A stretch of 63,993 bases of DNA, counting the filler, from Albugo candida (taxonomy: Eukaryota), in the NCBI GenBank assembly GCA_040437565.1. It is 10 parts of 10 records of this genome, joined end to end, with 100 filler letters (N's around TTAATTAATTAA, not from the genome) between each part and the next. Parts side by side here need not be neighbours in the genome. Positions count along the whole stretch, not along the records: positions 1 to 7,355 come from JBDOQK010000131.1; positions 7,456 to 14,752 come from JBDOQK010000132.1; 8 more parts are not named here. One strand, given 5' to 3'. The translations under genes were made by a program, and so were the position numbers. Below, piece by piece: positions 1-13,378 of this stretch (position 1 is the first letter of the stretch; the number at the start of each line of letters is the position of its first letter). Below the pieces are notes generated by a model. The model saw nothing but the letters and a program-made list of their open reading frames with translations, had not been told where the DNA came from and ran no database searches.

Positions 1-1851
1 TTCGGGTATGTATGAAAGCTCTGTGAAGAAAAAAATCTTAGCAATTGGCGGTTTTTATGCTCGCTAAGAATGATAATGAGATCATCCCATGCATACGAGA
101 CTACACAAATGAACACATCAGCTTAATCGGTCGCGTTATCATCTATATCCTTTCCAACCTATTTGTGCGTGTAAAATGAATGATTGCGCCATTGATCGGT
201 GCCAAAATTAACTTCTTGTATAATATTACAAGGTACAAAAGGAAGGTACAATCAAGATACGTAATACAAAGTTGAAAGCTGAACTAAGTTTTTATGACTT
301 TTGGACTTGTCGGAAAACCTACAAGGCGTTTTCAAGGAGTGTTTGAGAGACCAAATGCTTCGGCTGCCATCAATTCACTAAACCTACTGTCTTCAAGCTT
401 CGGCATATATAGTTTGATCAGCCGTGCTTTGTTCCAGATCAATAGAAGTGCAGGATACGCGGATATCAACAGTATGGACTTAGCAATCTATGGACTGGCC
501 AGTGGGACGCATCAAGGTGCTAACGCGTATTTCTTGACCAATCTACCGAGGACGACATTGTAGTAGCGATCTTAGTATTCCTCCAAGAGTACCTTGGAAA
601 TCGGCTTTCTGTACCGCATTCGTAAGAGATTATACAAAGTATCCTTTGCAGCATGAGAGGCAGAACGCTTCCACAACCGTGTGCTCGATTGCATCATAGA
701 GAAATGTAGAATTTGGACGAAAACTGTATGGCTGTATGAGATAAAAAGCTTACTGAAAACAGCTCTATTCGAACTTTTGAAACGGAAGCCCATTCGAGCA
801 CACTACAGCGGCACGGCGTACTATGCTCAAGGATCGTGTAGTTACCAAGCGAATTGTTGAGATATAAGTACAGTTAAGAATTTTTGACGCGATATACTCT
901 TGAAAACACATCTGGTGGCGGTCTTAGAACCTGTAATTCATTTTTTGACGATCTAATACCGGAGAAAGCAGAAGGAAGCTGGCTAATCTGGAGTTGAGTT
1001 TGTTAGAGCGCTGCAGATATTAATGTGCAGCTCTGAGCTCTGATAATATGCTGGGCACGCAATATTGCATTTCCTGAAACTACCGCAATACCTGGACTAT
1101 AAGACACAGGACAACCCCACGCTCATGTGCTTTCGCTTGCATGTTCGCTTCGTATGATCTTATAGAGGTACATGGAGCAATTACTATTTTTGCTGAAATA
1201 TAGTAATAGAAAAAAACTTTCTCCAGCTATGTCAAATCGATTAGCATTGTAAACAAGCGTGTTAGAAGCTGCATACGACGTGGTGAGGTGTGACACATCC
1301 ATCGCTGTGAAAAGATTAGGTGATCACGTCACAAGGAAAGAGAATCCAATCAACCCTTCGATAGAGTGAACAGATATGCGATGTTTTTTCAAAATAACGC
1401 ATCAGCTCGTATGCTAGCTAGGCTTATGCTTTCTCTACATCTATGGACGAGTAGCTTTATATGAAAGCTTGTCAGAGATATATAGTGACGTATCGGTGTT
1501 AACCGTCAATCTAGATTGTTGGAGAAACAAACAGCTACAGTGCATATATATTTGTATACAAGTGTATAGTTAACGATGTAACTTGTACCTGTGCCCTTCA
1601 TTACAGTCGCTTTACTATTACGCGACGATAAAATCGAAGGCTATTTTATCAGCTTACGGCCACACTGCCCGCTGTAGTAAAGTAAAGTTCTAAGCGGATA
1701 AAGCCATGTAGATCCATTCTAGCACGTCTAACACGTCTAACACATACATAGAACAAGAGAAATGAAATCAGCAGAATAGCATTACAGTTTACAATATTTT
1801 ACAAGCGTGGCCGCAATGGTACCATTTTAATGATTTGGCAGAGGAAATAAT

Positions 1852-4800
1852 TCAAAGTGATCGGAAAGAGACAATACTCATAAGAGCGGAAATACAATCG
1901 ACATCATCTATCAGATCGTATATCTCCTTACAGTAAGCTTCGAAGTAGGGTGAACAAGCTTTGGAGACAATATTCGTACGATGTGTTTCCTTGTAAAGAG
2001 AGTGTTGGTTGCCAAGTATACTGCTCGACTCAGCCAAAAGACATTGGATCTATGTATGGGTCGACAGCGAGCTCATCTGATTCCATAGTCAATCGCTGTT
2101 TTGATCGCTTTTGCCGCCGTCGATAAGCTAATCCGCATGGAAGATACGCACGCCGCTGTATGATTCATCTAAATCTGGTGCGATCTCAGTACACACTCTC
2201 AAGCTCATAAGCCTAAGCTCCATTCCCTGTGGCTTGCAAGCGACCATACGGTGGGCTTGCTCGAGACGTAAAAATTCAAGCCAGAGGCCGCTACCAAGAT
2301 AACATTCACAGCGATTTTCACAACGGTATTGATAAAGCAAAAGGTTCCGTTTCTTCGAGTAATTGCAGGAGTACTTGCTTGTCGTTGCTAAAAAGACATT
2401 CGGGCGGCGATGTGTTTGATCAAAACAGAATGAGCTTCATTATACTTTTCGGCAGCTATCCAGTGGACCAATTTCCAATAATATGCATTTTTGTATCGCT
2501 CAAGTCGATTCAATCCAATGCACAGGTATCTTCAGTTTCCGCATCAGGTTTTCCAATTGTTCCTCAGCCATTTGCGCTATATCGCACGAATGTCGAAGCA
2601 ATACAACTCGGCAAGTGGTTTCACGTTCTACAGATTAGAGTTTTTCAATGTCACGTACAAAACTTCCTGCCACAACTCATTTCCTTCGAGTTGCAAAATT
2701 AAATTCGAATACAAATGGAATTCCCACGCATAATTGAGTTGGTACTCGAGCGTACGTAAGATACTGTTCAGATGCCAACTCATTTCATAATCAAGGTAGG
2801 CGGAAGTGCCACGTAAAAGTCCAGTTGGTGATAGTACATTACACAACGCAACAGGTTGTTCGACATACAGCTTCTATTCATCCGCCAATTCTCTTGACTC
2901 CACAAAGCCTGTACAACTTTCCATAGTATTACGATATGACGCTCCACTTTAGGACTGTGTGAGTCTCTGTCATGATCGATGAATGTGCAGTACTGCTGTA
3001 GAGCGTGCGTGGCACCAATTCTTGAAGCTATTTGAAACTGCGGACTTGGACACTTGTCATTTCTGTGGTCCAAGTTGTTGGTGTCGCCATTTTGTAATGC
3101 TGACGCAGTAGCGCTCGAAAAAGCAGTACATTCGTAGTGTAGCTCAATTGTATCACGCAATCTGTCACATCTCGCGGTATTGAAACTGTTTTTTGATTAA
3201 TTTGCGAAAAGAGTGCGATCGACACAATTGCATACGACGGATTGGATTCAAATGTGTTGGGGAATGCGATCAGTTTACGACAATATGCCACTTCACCTCG
3301 AGATCCCCAAGAACAGCGGAAGGAACGAGCCATAAAGAGTCCACCATCCCACTCATATGCGGGTGATAGCTATTCTGGCACAAGTTGTCTGGATTCAAAA
3401 TTCAATCCCCAAGGTTTGTACTCGTGACGTGCTCCTATGCTTTCGCTTTTGCAGGAGATAAACTCGACCATCCTAGCGGGGTCAGAATCTTCATCCTCGG
3501 GCTCAAGATGACTGCAGGATTCTCTCGAGGTATTTCACTTGGTCGTGCCTTGTTCCAAAAATGCTTTGGGATCAGTACTCTGAAAGGGGTCCGTTTGCAT
3601 GGGCTGACGGACAGACATATCCATCATAAACTTTTTTATTGTTGTCTGATGCTGTTCAATCCGCGTTGTATGCTTCTCCGTTCGAAAGAGACGCCTTATC
3701 GGTGGAATGGCAAGTTTGAGTCGCTTTTGTGGAAAGCCGACAGAGGAAGCCATAGAATGATCTTTGCGATTTCCAAAGACTTCTCACAATATTTCGGCGA
3801 ATCCTCTCTTGTCTGATCGCTACCTTCATCCATTACTGTCTCTTCTTCCTTGTCTTTGATTCCATACCGAATGAAATGCTCTACTCGGAAACGCAATATT
3901 CCAAGTTTGTACAATAAACTTTGCATCGATTTCGTTTGTCCGTTGTACTACGCGTTCTTCGTATCGTTTTACCGAAGTCGGGTCCTTCACCTTTGGTGGA
4001 AAAGGTCCCCAATCGCACGCTTATTCATCCACTTGAGGGGTGGATGCTTCTCCTCATTATCTTTGCACATCATAATCTCTTCTTCTCGAATATCCCATGT
4101 TCATCGAGATTCAGGTTCCGAATGTCTGTGAGCCCAATCCATTCCACCGATCCAAGTTTGTGACGGCCCACAGAGAATGATCTGACTTGTGCCAATTACT
4201 AGTCACTCTTTCGGCAGATGTGGTCGTAAGGACAACAGTTTGATAGCCTGATTTCGTCTGAATCAGACACGCCAGGCTTTTTTTCGGTGCGGTAAGCATC
4301 GTTGGTGTCACGAATCGTCGATGACAAGAACTCGTCATATGTCAGAAATTGGTCGGTTCTCGAGGTGTACTTGAGAAAATACCATTCTCCTTTCCCGATA
4401 TACTTTTCGATTTGTTATCGTCGGCAGCAATGATGTCAATAACGCCACCATTTCTTAGTTGCAATGATTTTCCAGGTGTTCTAGGAGTCGAGTACTTTTC
4501 CTCGACAGACGTATAAAATCTGTCGAGCGGATTGCTCCCCAATATGCTTTGTAATGCGATTCTTCGTATCGTCCAACTTTTCATAACGGGAGAGGCCACG
4601 CAAGAATGGAGAATTCTCCGCGCCATACTGAGTCGCATTGGGCCATTCGGTGATAGCGTCTACGATCGCTGCAACCTTTTCGACAATCCTATTCGCATGC
4701 CTCACGGAATCGCTATTGTCGATGATTGAATTTCTTCCATGATCTTCGGAATTGTGAGCTTAGCGGAAGAGAATCAACATTATTTCTCACATGACTCATC

Positions 4801-5664
4801 CTCGATGCTGAAGCTGAGGTTGAATAGAGTACCTTGGTCTTGGGAGTTTCAAATAGCGGTCCACAAAAGCGGACGTCGAGAGGCGATGCTGATGATGGTG
4901 TAGTGATACATTCACGTCTCACTCAGCCCACATCAACAGCAAAGGAATGCACTCGAGACAATGTCGAAAAAGCGATTCGACCCTACTTTGATCGCTTTGA
5001 CGGTTTGATTCAGTACGCCATCTCCATATGACCCAGATCCATACAAATTGATTTTGGATGTAGCATTCCGTCCAGCCGGTTGGGCGTTGGATGCCATATT
5101 GTTCTTACCAGGAGTATTCCCACATGTGTTACTGCCAAAGCCAGCGAACGCGGACGGAGCGGTACTCTCAGGTACACCTGATCCAAAACCAAAATCCAAA
5201 GCACTCGAACTTACTCCAAAAGCCGATCCGCTGCCTTGTCCGAAAATTGCCGGTGCCAAATCCCGAGCCAAACGACACAGAATTTGTAAGTGAGCCACCA
5301 AAAGTATCCGAATTGCCAAATATTCCAGTCGAATTCGTATCCGTTGAACGGATCAGACCTCCAGACTTTGCGGCGTTGAAAAAGTTGGTTGTAGTGGTTG
5401 CCGTCGCATTTGATTGACGGCCAAACCCTCCAAAGCCTGTACTCGTCGCACCAAACATTGACGACCCGCTCGTAAGCGATGGTTCGGTAGCACCGAAAGC
5501 GCCAAATATGGTTGTAGTTGGAGGTTTGGCAGCATTAGTTGCTGCAAAGTTGAAAGCTGTGTTTCCTGTCGTATCACCACTGTCGTACTCGTTGCTCCAA
5601 ACGCATTTCTAAAGGCTCCACAACTGAATCCAATATTGGTTCCCAATCCCTTGAACTCAGACAC
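1852..5664 (-). pseudogene. NUP98: Decayed Nup98-Nup96 nucleoporin precursor (FG repeats, autoproteolytic domain, Nup96)
   Basis: Collinear fragments in shifting frames. FG-rich N-terminus at 4933-5664 (FGATSTGFGGFG, FGSGFGTGNF). Autoproteolytic-domain motifs at ~3950-4260 (KSGYQT; GLTDIRNLNLD; KHPPLKWMNKRA). Cleavage-site motif RFRVEHF-I-RYGIKDKEEE at ~3842-3893. Nup96 motifs MARSFRCSWG (~3333), LWKVVQALW, DYEMSWHLNSIL and QLEGNELW. Many stops and frameshifts; the 3' boundary is approximate. Confidence 0.8.
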
Positions 5665-7355
5665 TGAGACTTGAAGCTTCGGTAGCTTTGGATCAAAATC
5701 AGTTTTTCTAATAAACGAAATCGTGTTGGAGCGAGCGATAGGTTTCGCTGTTCCACGTCAATTCGAAATACTTGTTGGAGATAAAGACGCATGCACCACT
5801 TGTCTTTGATATAAGCACCACCATCAAACAATTCATCGTGAAATGGTGTCGGTTTTCCCAAACACATAATCTGAATCTTTGACGCACACTTTACGTCACT
5901 TGAGATAGTAAGCATATAAGCTTCAACTCCATATCCATTATTTGCTTCGGTGCCCCGTCGAACTACTTTAAATGATCATCGATGGCGTCAAACACTGAGC
6001 CAGTCATTCAGTCACAACGCCTTTCGCCAACTACAACCGTGGCAGTAGGGTACAAAGAGATGGCTTTCAGACGGAGCATTACCATTCGAGCCATACGCTC
6101 CTGGTACGGGGTAGATCAGATATCGATACTATAATTGGCGCCGCTGTGATTCTTGTGGACGATACGATCGAAAGTATGAACATCCTGGCCCACTAACGAG
6201 GTGCTCGGAAAGTGAATTGCTTTGTATCAAATCTCTTCGTGGAATGAAAGCCGTAAACTATATGCGACTAAAGCCCAGTTGCGCAACCCAACGTCGTTAG
6301 TACTTGACCACAACATCAAGGGACTGACACGTGTCATCGAGGTGGAGCAAAAACGCTATCAGTAATCTCTATACTCGCTATATCGAATCAAGTCGAGGAT
6401 CACAGAGCACACTCCTACATCGACACGACTTGATCAAAGAAGGATACAAACACATCCATTGAACAATCTTTTATCATCCAAATGCACGCCTCGCTACCTA
6501 ATTGTATTTTGGATATGACGCTGTCCTAGGACTACAAACAAGTGTATAGTTAGGCTTCTCTCTCATATCTGAGATTCAGAATGGTGCTTACAGCAGATGT
6601 ACTTCGAGTCCGAAGCCTTTTGACGTTGTGTCCTGTATAAGCTAGAATGTCTTGTATATTCATCGATCTTTTCCCGTGTGGTGTTAAACCCGGCGAATCG
6701 GAGCGAGTAAGATGTGCTGGTAGCGTGATATTGGAGACAGAGTTTGTTCTTAACACAGTCGACATAGTTCGCAGCTCTGGTAATCTTGTCGTGACACTGG
6801 ATGTCGGGAGAGATGTACTTTTCTCGTCCTTGACGCTGCTGTATAACAGCTCGTTCTCTTGGAGTAGCGGAACCACAATCTGATCATTTGGAGTTGCTTT
6901 TTGGGACAAAATACGTTTATTCTGACGATAAGATGACGAATGGGCTCCACGCTGCAGACGCAAATGTTGCCGCTGATTCTGATCAATTTGTCGGGAAACT
7001 CTATCCGCTCCATTCTGTAAAAGAGAGCTATACTTTTAGAGGGAAGAAGTATGAGCAGCGAAAATAGACTACGAACCAAAAGCGCGTATGGTACGGCTGC
7101 ATCATCCTGTTCCTTGCGATCGCATGGAGCGCGGTTTCCATCCGGGCTTGAGTACATTTCTAACAAATCTTCCACATGGCCATTTCCACTACCGACTTCA
7201 GGCGCTATATTGACCAATTCCCTTCTGTTTGGAAAGCGCTGCGATCTGTATAAATGCGATGTCACGCATTCTTCCAGTTTTTCTGCGTCGGATAATTGTA
7301 GCGAGGTGGAATGCACACGATATCGCTCCGCTTTCAGAGGTTCACTCACGTCAGT

Positions 7356-7455
7356 NNNNNNNNNNNNNNNNNNNNNNNNNNNNNNNNNNNNNNNNNNNNT
7401 TAATTAATTAANNNNNNNNNNNNNNNNNNNNNNNNNNNNNNNNNNNNNNNNNNNN
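7356..7455. other. Artificial contig spacer
   Basis: N44-TTAATTAATTAA-N44, with stops in all six frames. Confidence 0.99.
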
Positions 7456-7628
7456 TATATAAGATGTACTACGTACTGCATAAAAAGTTAAAAAAGAAAT
7501 AAATGATTACCATATGTTTATTTTCAAATTGTGTGACGATTATTGGTCCATCAAAGGATAGAGGAAAATACTACACATCATTTTACACTTATCAAAAGTA
7601 AAATATAATATTTATTGAAGCAAAGAGT

Positions 7629-9039
7629 TTATTGTGTATTGGGAAGAATAAGTGGTACATTTAAATCTGAGTTGAGTTGTGGCTGATATTCTTTGGGTAC
7701 TTCAATAAAATTAAAATTAAGTTTCATATAGATAGCAAACTCTTTATAGTGTTTCAAGCTCAACTATACAAAAGTGATTAATATATATGCATATTTTTCA
7801 CATTTAAATTTTACTTACTTTACTCCAGAAAGATGTAGGGAATACACCAGTAAGAAAAAGAGGGACAATACCAATTTCTTCTACTGCAACACCTATGTTT
7901 CTACAGTACTTGATAAAACTATTTCCATTATCGTTGGACTTAAAATGATCTATATATAAACATTGTTAATATATGTACATTTTAATACATAGTAGACTAG
8001 ATGAGTACCTTTATATTCTCTAATTTTTTTGATGATATCTTTCTCTTCAACTTTAACATCTTCTTCTTCACCTTTATTACCATCTGCCTCAACATCATCA
8101 CCATCTTCTTCTACATCATCATCATCTTCTTCTACATCATCATCATCCTCTACATCATCATCATCTTCTTCAACATCATCATCATTTTCTTCAAAATCAT
8201 CTTCTTCTTCAACATCATCTTCTTCTTCTACATCATCATCTTCTTCTTCAACAATTTCAGCAGCTTTTTTTTCTTCAATGACCAATTTCTTAGCCATTGA
8301 CCAAATTTGGTACGCACGAAAGTTGCTCAACTCTTTTTTCTTCTGGTTTGCACCTTCATCCAAATCCATCTTGATTATACACCACTGAATAGTAGCGTCA
8401 AATTCATTTGAAAACTTGCGCCCTTCAAAGATACTTGTGGAAGAATAGCGTTGATTTACAGGAGGAATACTCATTACCTTTTCATTTACTTGAATATATA
8501 AGGCGTCTGAATTGGCAATCCAATACTCCAAGTCTGTTATTAAAAAAAAAGAATTTTTATTAGTATAATACTTCAACATGAACCGCACGAAAATAATAAA
8601 AAATACTTACTCAAATAAGAAGTATTTGATAGTAAAAACTTCATTAATGTAACACCCTGCAAATCTTTATTTTTTATGGTTCTTCTTTTCTTTGTAACCG
8701 GTTCCTCTTGAACTTGTTCAACTTCTTCATCCTCTTCATCCATTGGTTCCTCTACAATATCTAAAGTACTTGTTACCCCTTTATCATTAAGAGCCTTCGT
8801 AATGCGGTTAAGTGAAGGAAGAAGATCAGCTATAAAGACAATAAATGATAAGTTATATGTAATATAATACTAGTTTTAAACAGTTTACCTTTGGAGCCGA
8901 CCTTAACCAATTTTGCAAGTGCTTGTTCAATTTGCTTCTTTTCTTCCCTATTCAATTCACTGTTGGCATTAATGGTGTTAATCTCTTGACGTAAGACATG
9001 GTTAAAGATTTCTCCGTTGGTACCAGAATAAGTAGACAT
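7629..9039 (-). CDS. Intact 5-exon hypothetical protein with a long acidic tract
   Basis: ATG at 9039. Four short GT..AG introns splice in frame: MSTYSG..GSK|ADLLPS..SYL|NLEYWIANS..EEDDDVE repeats..EYK|DHFKSN..FIKYCRNIGVAVEEIGIVPLF..FWSK|LSLKHY..PNTQ*. TATA-like TATAAATAG at ~9116-9124. Confidence 0.7.
8060..8250 (-). repeat. Coding minisatellite encoding the acidic (V)EEDDDD repeat
   Basis: Repeated 18-21 nt units such as tcttcttctacatcatcatca. Confidence 0.9.
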
Positions 9040-9257
9040 AGTAAGTAGTAGTAAAGTTAAGTTATATGAAGTATATAATGAAGAAAAGAAAAGGGAAAAG
9101 TAAAAAAGAGGGACACTATTTATATCTTTTAATTTTGTCGTGAGAAATTTTGATTAATAATCTTAATTCCGATCGGACGTAAATAAATTTCCTTTACTCC
9201 TTTTAGATTAATTCACGCTATTCCAAAAATAAATATGATTACTTTTTTCCTTTTAAT

Positions 9258-9378
9258 CCTTTCACATGATTTCCATTCTAGACTTTTCACATGTTTTCCA
9301 TTCTAGACTTTCCCCATGTGTTGTTTATTCCTTTTACTCCTTTCACATGCTTTCCATTCTAGACTTCCCCAAGTGTTA
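9258..9378. repeat. Three copies of TTTCACATGxTTTCCATTCTAGACTT upstream of the 9039 gene
   Basis: Direct repeats visible at ~9260, ~9285 and ~9341. Confidence 0.85.
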
Positions 9379-9669
9379 TCACATGGCAACTTTGTTTCAT
9401 TTAATACTTCCTAATAAGCAAATGTAGTCTCACTTGACTTAAAAGGAAATGATGGGATAATTTATTTAGCATAAGCATAAACATACAATTTATTTAGCAT
9501 AAGTATTATAAAGTGGTTGGTATAAAGAGAAAAAATAAAAGTTAAAGCATAGTCAATTGATGTATAACATATAAAGGAGAGTGGTATAGTTGGCATATAT
9601 AGTCATAAGATAAAAAAAAGAATAACATAAAGAAAATAGTCATAAAAAGTAACACAGAAAAAAGTAAAT

Positions 9670-12600
9670 CTAAAGCTCTGTTGGCATAGTGACGAAAGTG
9701 AGTGAACGGGTTTTACTGTTGTAAACCTTGTCTTTGGCCATTTTAGGTAAGTATGCATAATGAGAAGCAATATATCGGATGATATTTGCTCTATAAAGAG
9801 CGGCTTGTCTTCTTTCAGTAAAACTTATATGCGATAATAGAAGAATTAAATACGCTCTCGCACCAAGAGTCTTCCAGCCAGAGCTTTTCTTTTGCAAGTA
9901 ACTGTTGAGCTTATTTTCTAAAATTACTTCAATCTTTGGGATAAAGTATTTTACCGCATCCTTCACCTTATTACTTCCCTGTGAAGCAATATTAATAAAT
10001 TCAGGCTTGATGTATTCATCTGGACCTCCTTCTTTAAAAATTAAGTCACCAACTTTTGAAGCCATGTATACAGCACATACTTTCTTGTTACTACCGAAGC
10101 TGAATTCGTCCTTTGTTTTGATTTCCCAAGAATTAAATCCGTTTATCAGATCTGCCATTAAAAGTTGAGCCATCAATGAAACACTTCGATCACCCATACC
10201 AAATACCATGATAATATTAGCAGCAAGTTGAAAATTTAAGGATTCTTGTAATGAAGACATATATCCAGGTAAAAGATCCTCCGTAAGAGTAAAAAGCAAA
10301 TCATGATGAGGATAAGAGTTACTTATCTGCAACCTACTCAAAACAGGTATTAAATCCATTAGCACTGTATCCGTCGAAGAGGGTACCCAAATATGCTCCG
10401 TGTTTAACCCGGTAGAAGTGTCAACTTGTGTACTAGAAACAGGTACAAATAATGGATCATTGACCAAACTAGAAGGCGCACAAGCGATGACATCCGCTGA
10501 ACCAAAGACTTGAACCAAATCATCTTTACATAATGGAGAAATGACACCCCAGTTTTTATACTCATCGACGAAGAAATCATGAAGAAAAACACATCTTGAG
10601 CCAACCAATTTGGATTGAAAGATAAGTTCGTGAACAAGCTTCATACCACGAGAATCAAGAGGACGGTGTAGAAGGGTGCCAAAAAGATAAGAAATAACAG
10701 CAGCAAGAGTTAGGCCACTATAGGAAGATTTAGCCAAAGAGTCGTGATAATGGGAATATAAAACACTTGATGCCTGTAGCCTATACTTGACAAACCCAAG
10801 AACTGACTTTGTATGATAAAACTTGATTGCTTTAGAAAGCTTACGTACCATAATAGGATCACTGATTGAAGAAAAAAGATCTTTAGCCCGAGAAGCAGAA
10901 ACACGAAACTCTACTCGAACCCCATAAGATTTACCCTCGGAAATAGCAAAAGTAAGGTCTTCAGATAGTTTGTCTACCCAGTTTTTAACTCCTTTTGAAT
11001 CAGATATAATGGCTTTGACCGTCATGTCCTTGGACTGTCTAAAAGACAAATTGCTTCTCTTAAAATCAATATGTTTAAACAAACAATAACACTGCATGGA
11101 AGTAACACCAGTACTGCCTTTGCTTACGTTTATTGGTGAGTATTTAAACCCGCCAAGATCAGTAAAGCCGCACATACCATCCTTTCTCATAGCACCGACA
11201 AAACTAAAACTGCCATCAACAGCAAAGAAAAGACTACGAATGTAGTCGTAATCCTTCCAAAGACCAGAAGCAATAACACCGGAAGGTGGGCGAATGACCA
11301 GAGCTAAGTCAAGATACAACTGATTGACCACGATACGATCCCAGTCGAAGGGCAAGAAATAAAGACACTCTCTTATAAATGCATCATTGGTTAAGTCACG
11401 ATTATTAATTGGAGGAAGTAAAACCTTTTCACCATGGTTTATAATTGAAAAAAAAAATCCAGAGAAGCAATGAAGGTCGTTGCTGTTGCTGATGACTCTT
11501 CTCATTTCTGAAATGACGAGATTTAGCTTTTCGGTTGACAATCTCAAAGCGGAATGACCTACACCAAAACGAGCAGCATGGCTAAAATTTAACGGAATAG
11601 GGTAAGCATCTATAGAAACTACAGATGACACAGAAGGAATCAAAACTTTCTCAACGAAAAGTTCATGATCGTCTTGCGTTACAACAAAACCACCCAAACC
11701 GGCAACAGGAGTCATACCTTGCGAGTGATAATTGATACGGAGCTGGGGAAAGTGAATACATACCTAAATTTAAAATAGCAAGTAAGATGATGGCAAATAT
11801 CTACATATAAGTAGGGGTAAACTTACGTTTATAAAATCATGCTTTAAAAACGAAAAATTAGGACAAGTGCTAATTGAACCTTTTCCATAGTGACGATCTG
11901 TGTTGTATTTATAGTTTATACCAAGATCTTTTCTTATTGAGAAAGTATAATCTGGACGAAAGTAAACCTGCCATTGAATGTTTTGAAATGGAATATCAAT
12001 GTAAGAAAGATAGATTACAGAATCAATATCGTTGGTATAGGGCAATGTTGAAGGTAAACGAATGCTTGAATCAATACCAAGGGCTTGAGGTGCGCCGTTA
12101 ACTAAGCCACGAACAAAGTAATTTACAAGTAAATGATTTCTAGAAAAAGAAGTAGTTCCAGAACTTCTACTTTCGTAATCTGACACCAGATCTTCCATTT
12201 TGGCTAAATCATCGTTTCCAGATGGTTGATGTAAATTATTAATAATAAAATCTTCAACTTCATCTAAAAAAAAGGGGGTAAGTGTTATAAACGATAAAGA
12301 AAGATGTAAAAAATGTTTATATAATACATACCATCATAAGAATGAGAAGATTGAGAAGATTGAGAAGATTGAGAAGGAAATTCAGGAGGTGATGCCTCGG
12401 GAGTAAAATAAGCAGTAGAAGCTTGAGAGAAGGCAGCAAAAGAAGGAGAGCGAGAAGATGCAACTGGTGAAGAAGAGCGAAAAGATGCAATAGACGCTAT
12501 AGGAGAAGGAGAGCGAGAAGGATCCACAAATGCTATAGGAGAAGGAGAGCGAATGGCATAGCGAGAACGATAATGAGGATGAGGAGGGGTAGTTACACGA

Positions 12601-13378
12601 GTAGAAGTAGTGGAAGAGCGAAGAACAGAAGGAGCAGTAGTTGTTTTTAAGGGCTTCTTAGATTTTTTAAGCTTATTTATAAGAGTAGGTGGTCGGGTAG
12701 ATTCAACCTCAGGAGATTCATCCCTTAATACAAAAGGGCGAGAATCGGGAGCACAGATATCGAAATCTACTTTAAAATATGAGTATGATGACAAATGCAA
12801 AAAAACACATATAAATAACACATACTTATGCTCTCTTCAATAGCAATCTGCTTACTGATATCAATGTGTTCACCATGGATGATATTATGAGCTATAGAAT
12901 CTATGAAAAAGATGTCAATATAAAAGACAATTTATATAATAAATCACAGATTATTACTAGAGGTGGAACTTGAATTTAACCAATTAGTTAAAGAAGCACT
13001 GGAACTACCTTGGTTCTTTTGTAAGAGGACTTTAGGGTTATTAGGGAGCTTGGACCTTTTGACAATATGGCGACGAGGAGGTGAAATGTTGACGAAGTCT
13101 CTGATGTCTATTTCTTCATCAGTATCATCGGTATCGGGTTGAATGGTTCTGCGCTTACGAAGATGAGAGACGGAGGCAACGGGGGCAACGGGAGCAGCGG
13201 TGGTAACGGGGGCAACAGGGGTATCGATGGCGGTAAGGGGGACAAGGGAGGGAGAGAGCAAAGGAGGGAACTCATTGTCAAAGTCCAATTCAATAGGAGC
13301 TTCAGCAGTACCAAGACGACTGGGAGAAGCAGAAGCAGAACGGGAAAGACCACGTGAAACAGCGCGAGAGTAAGACAT
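9670..13378 (-). CDS. Large multi-exon protein (>=1000 aa) of an uncharacterised, probably mobile-element, fungal-type family
   Basis: Introns 11764-11826 and 12264-12331, plus one at ~12770-12826, join ORFs 9670-11715, 11770-12198 and 12285-12821 in frame. Ser/Pro-rich N-terminus, then motifs DIDS, HFPQL, FSGFFF..HGEK, LYLDLAL, GGFKY, QCYCLFK and GVRVEFRV. The join of the 12944-13378 exon is not phase-resolved. Confidence 0.7.

Noticed and set aside
6550-7355. Minus-strand ORFs 6550-6963 and 6750-7349 as a gene
   Set aside because: Possibly the 3' end of a truncated or decayed gene, but I could not establish a consistent splice model or family.
7400-7411. Recurring TTAATTAATTAA palindrome every 6-7 kb
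   Set aside because: Always centred in N44 padding, so it is an assembly linker. ORFs containing X runs and any gene neighbourhood across linkers are meaningless.
8001-8388. Poly-Ser and Ile/Phe-rich plus-strand ORFs
   Set aside because: Antisense shadows of the acidic coding minisatellite.
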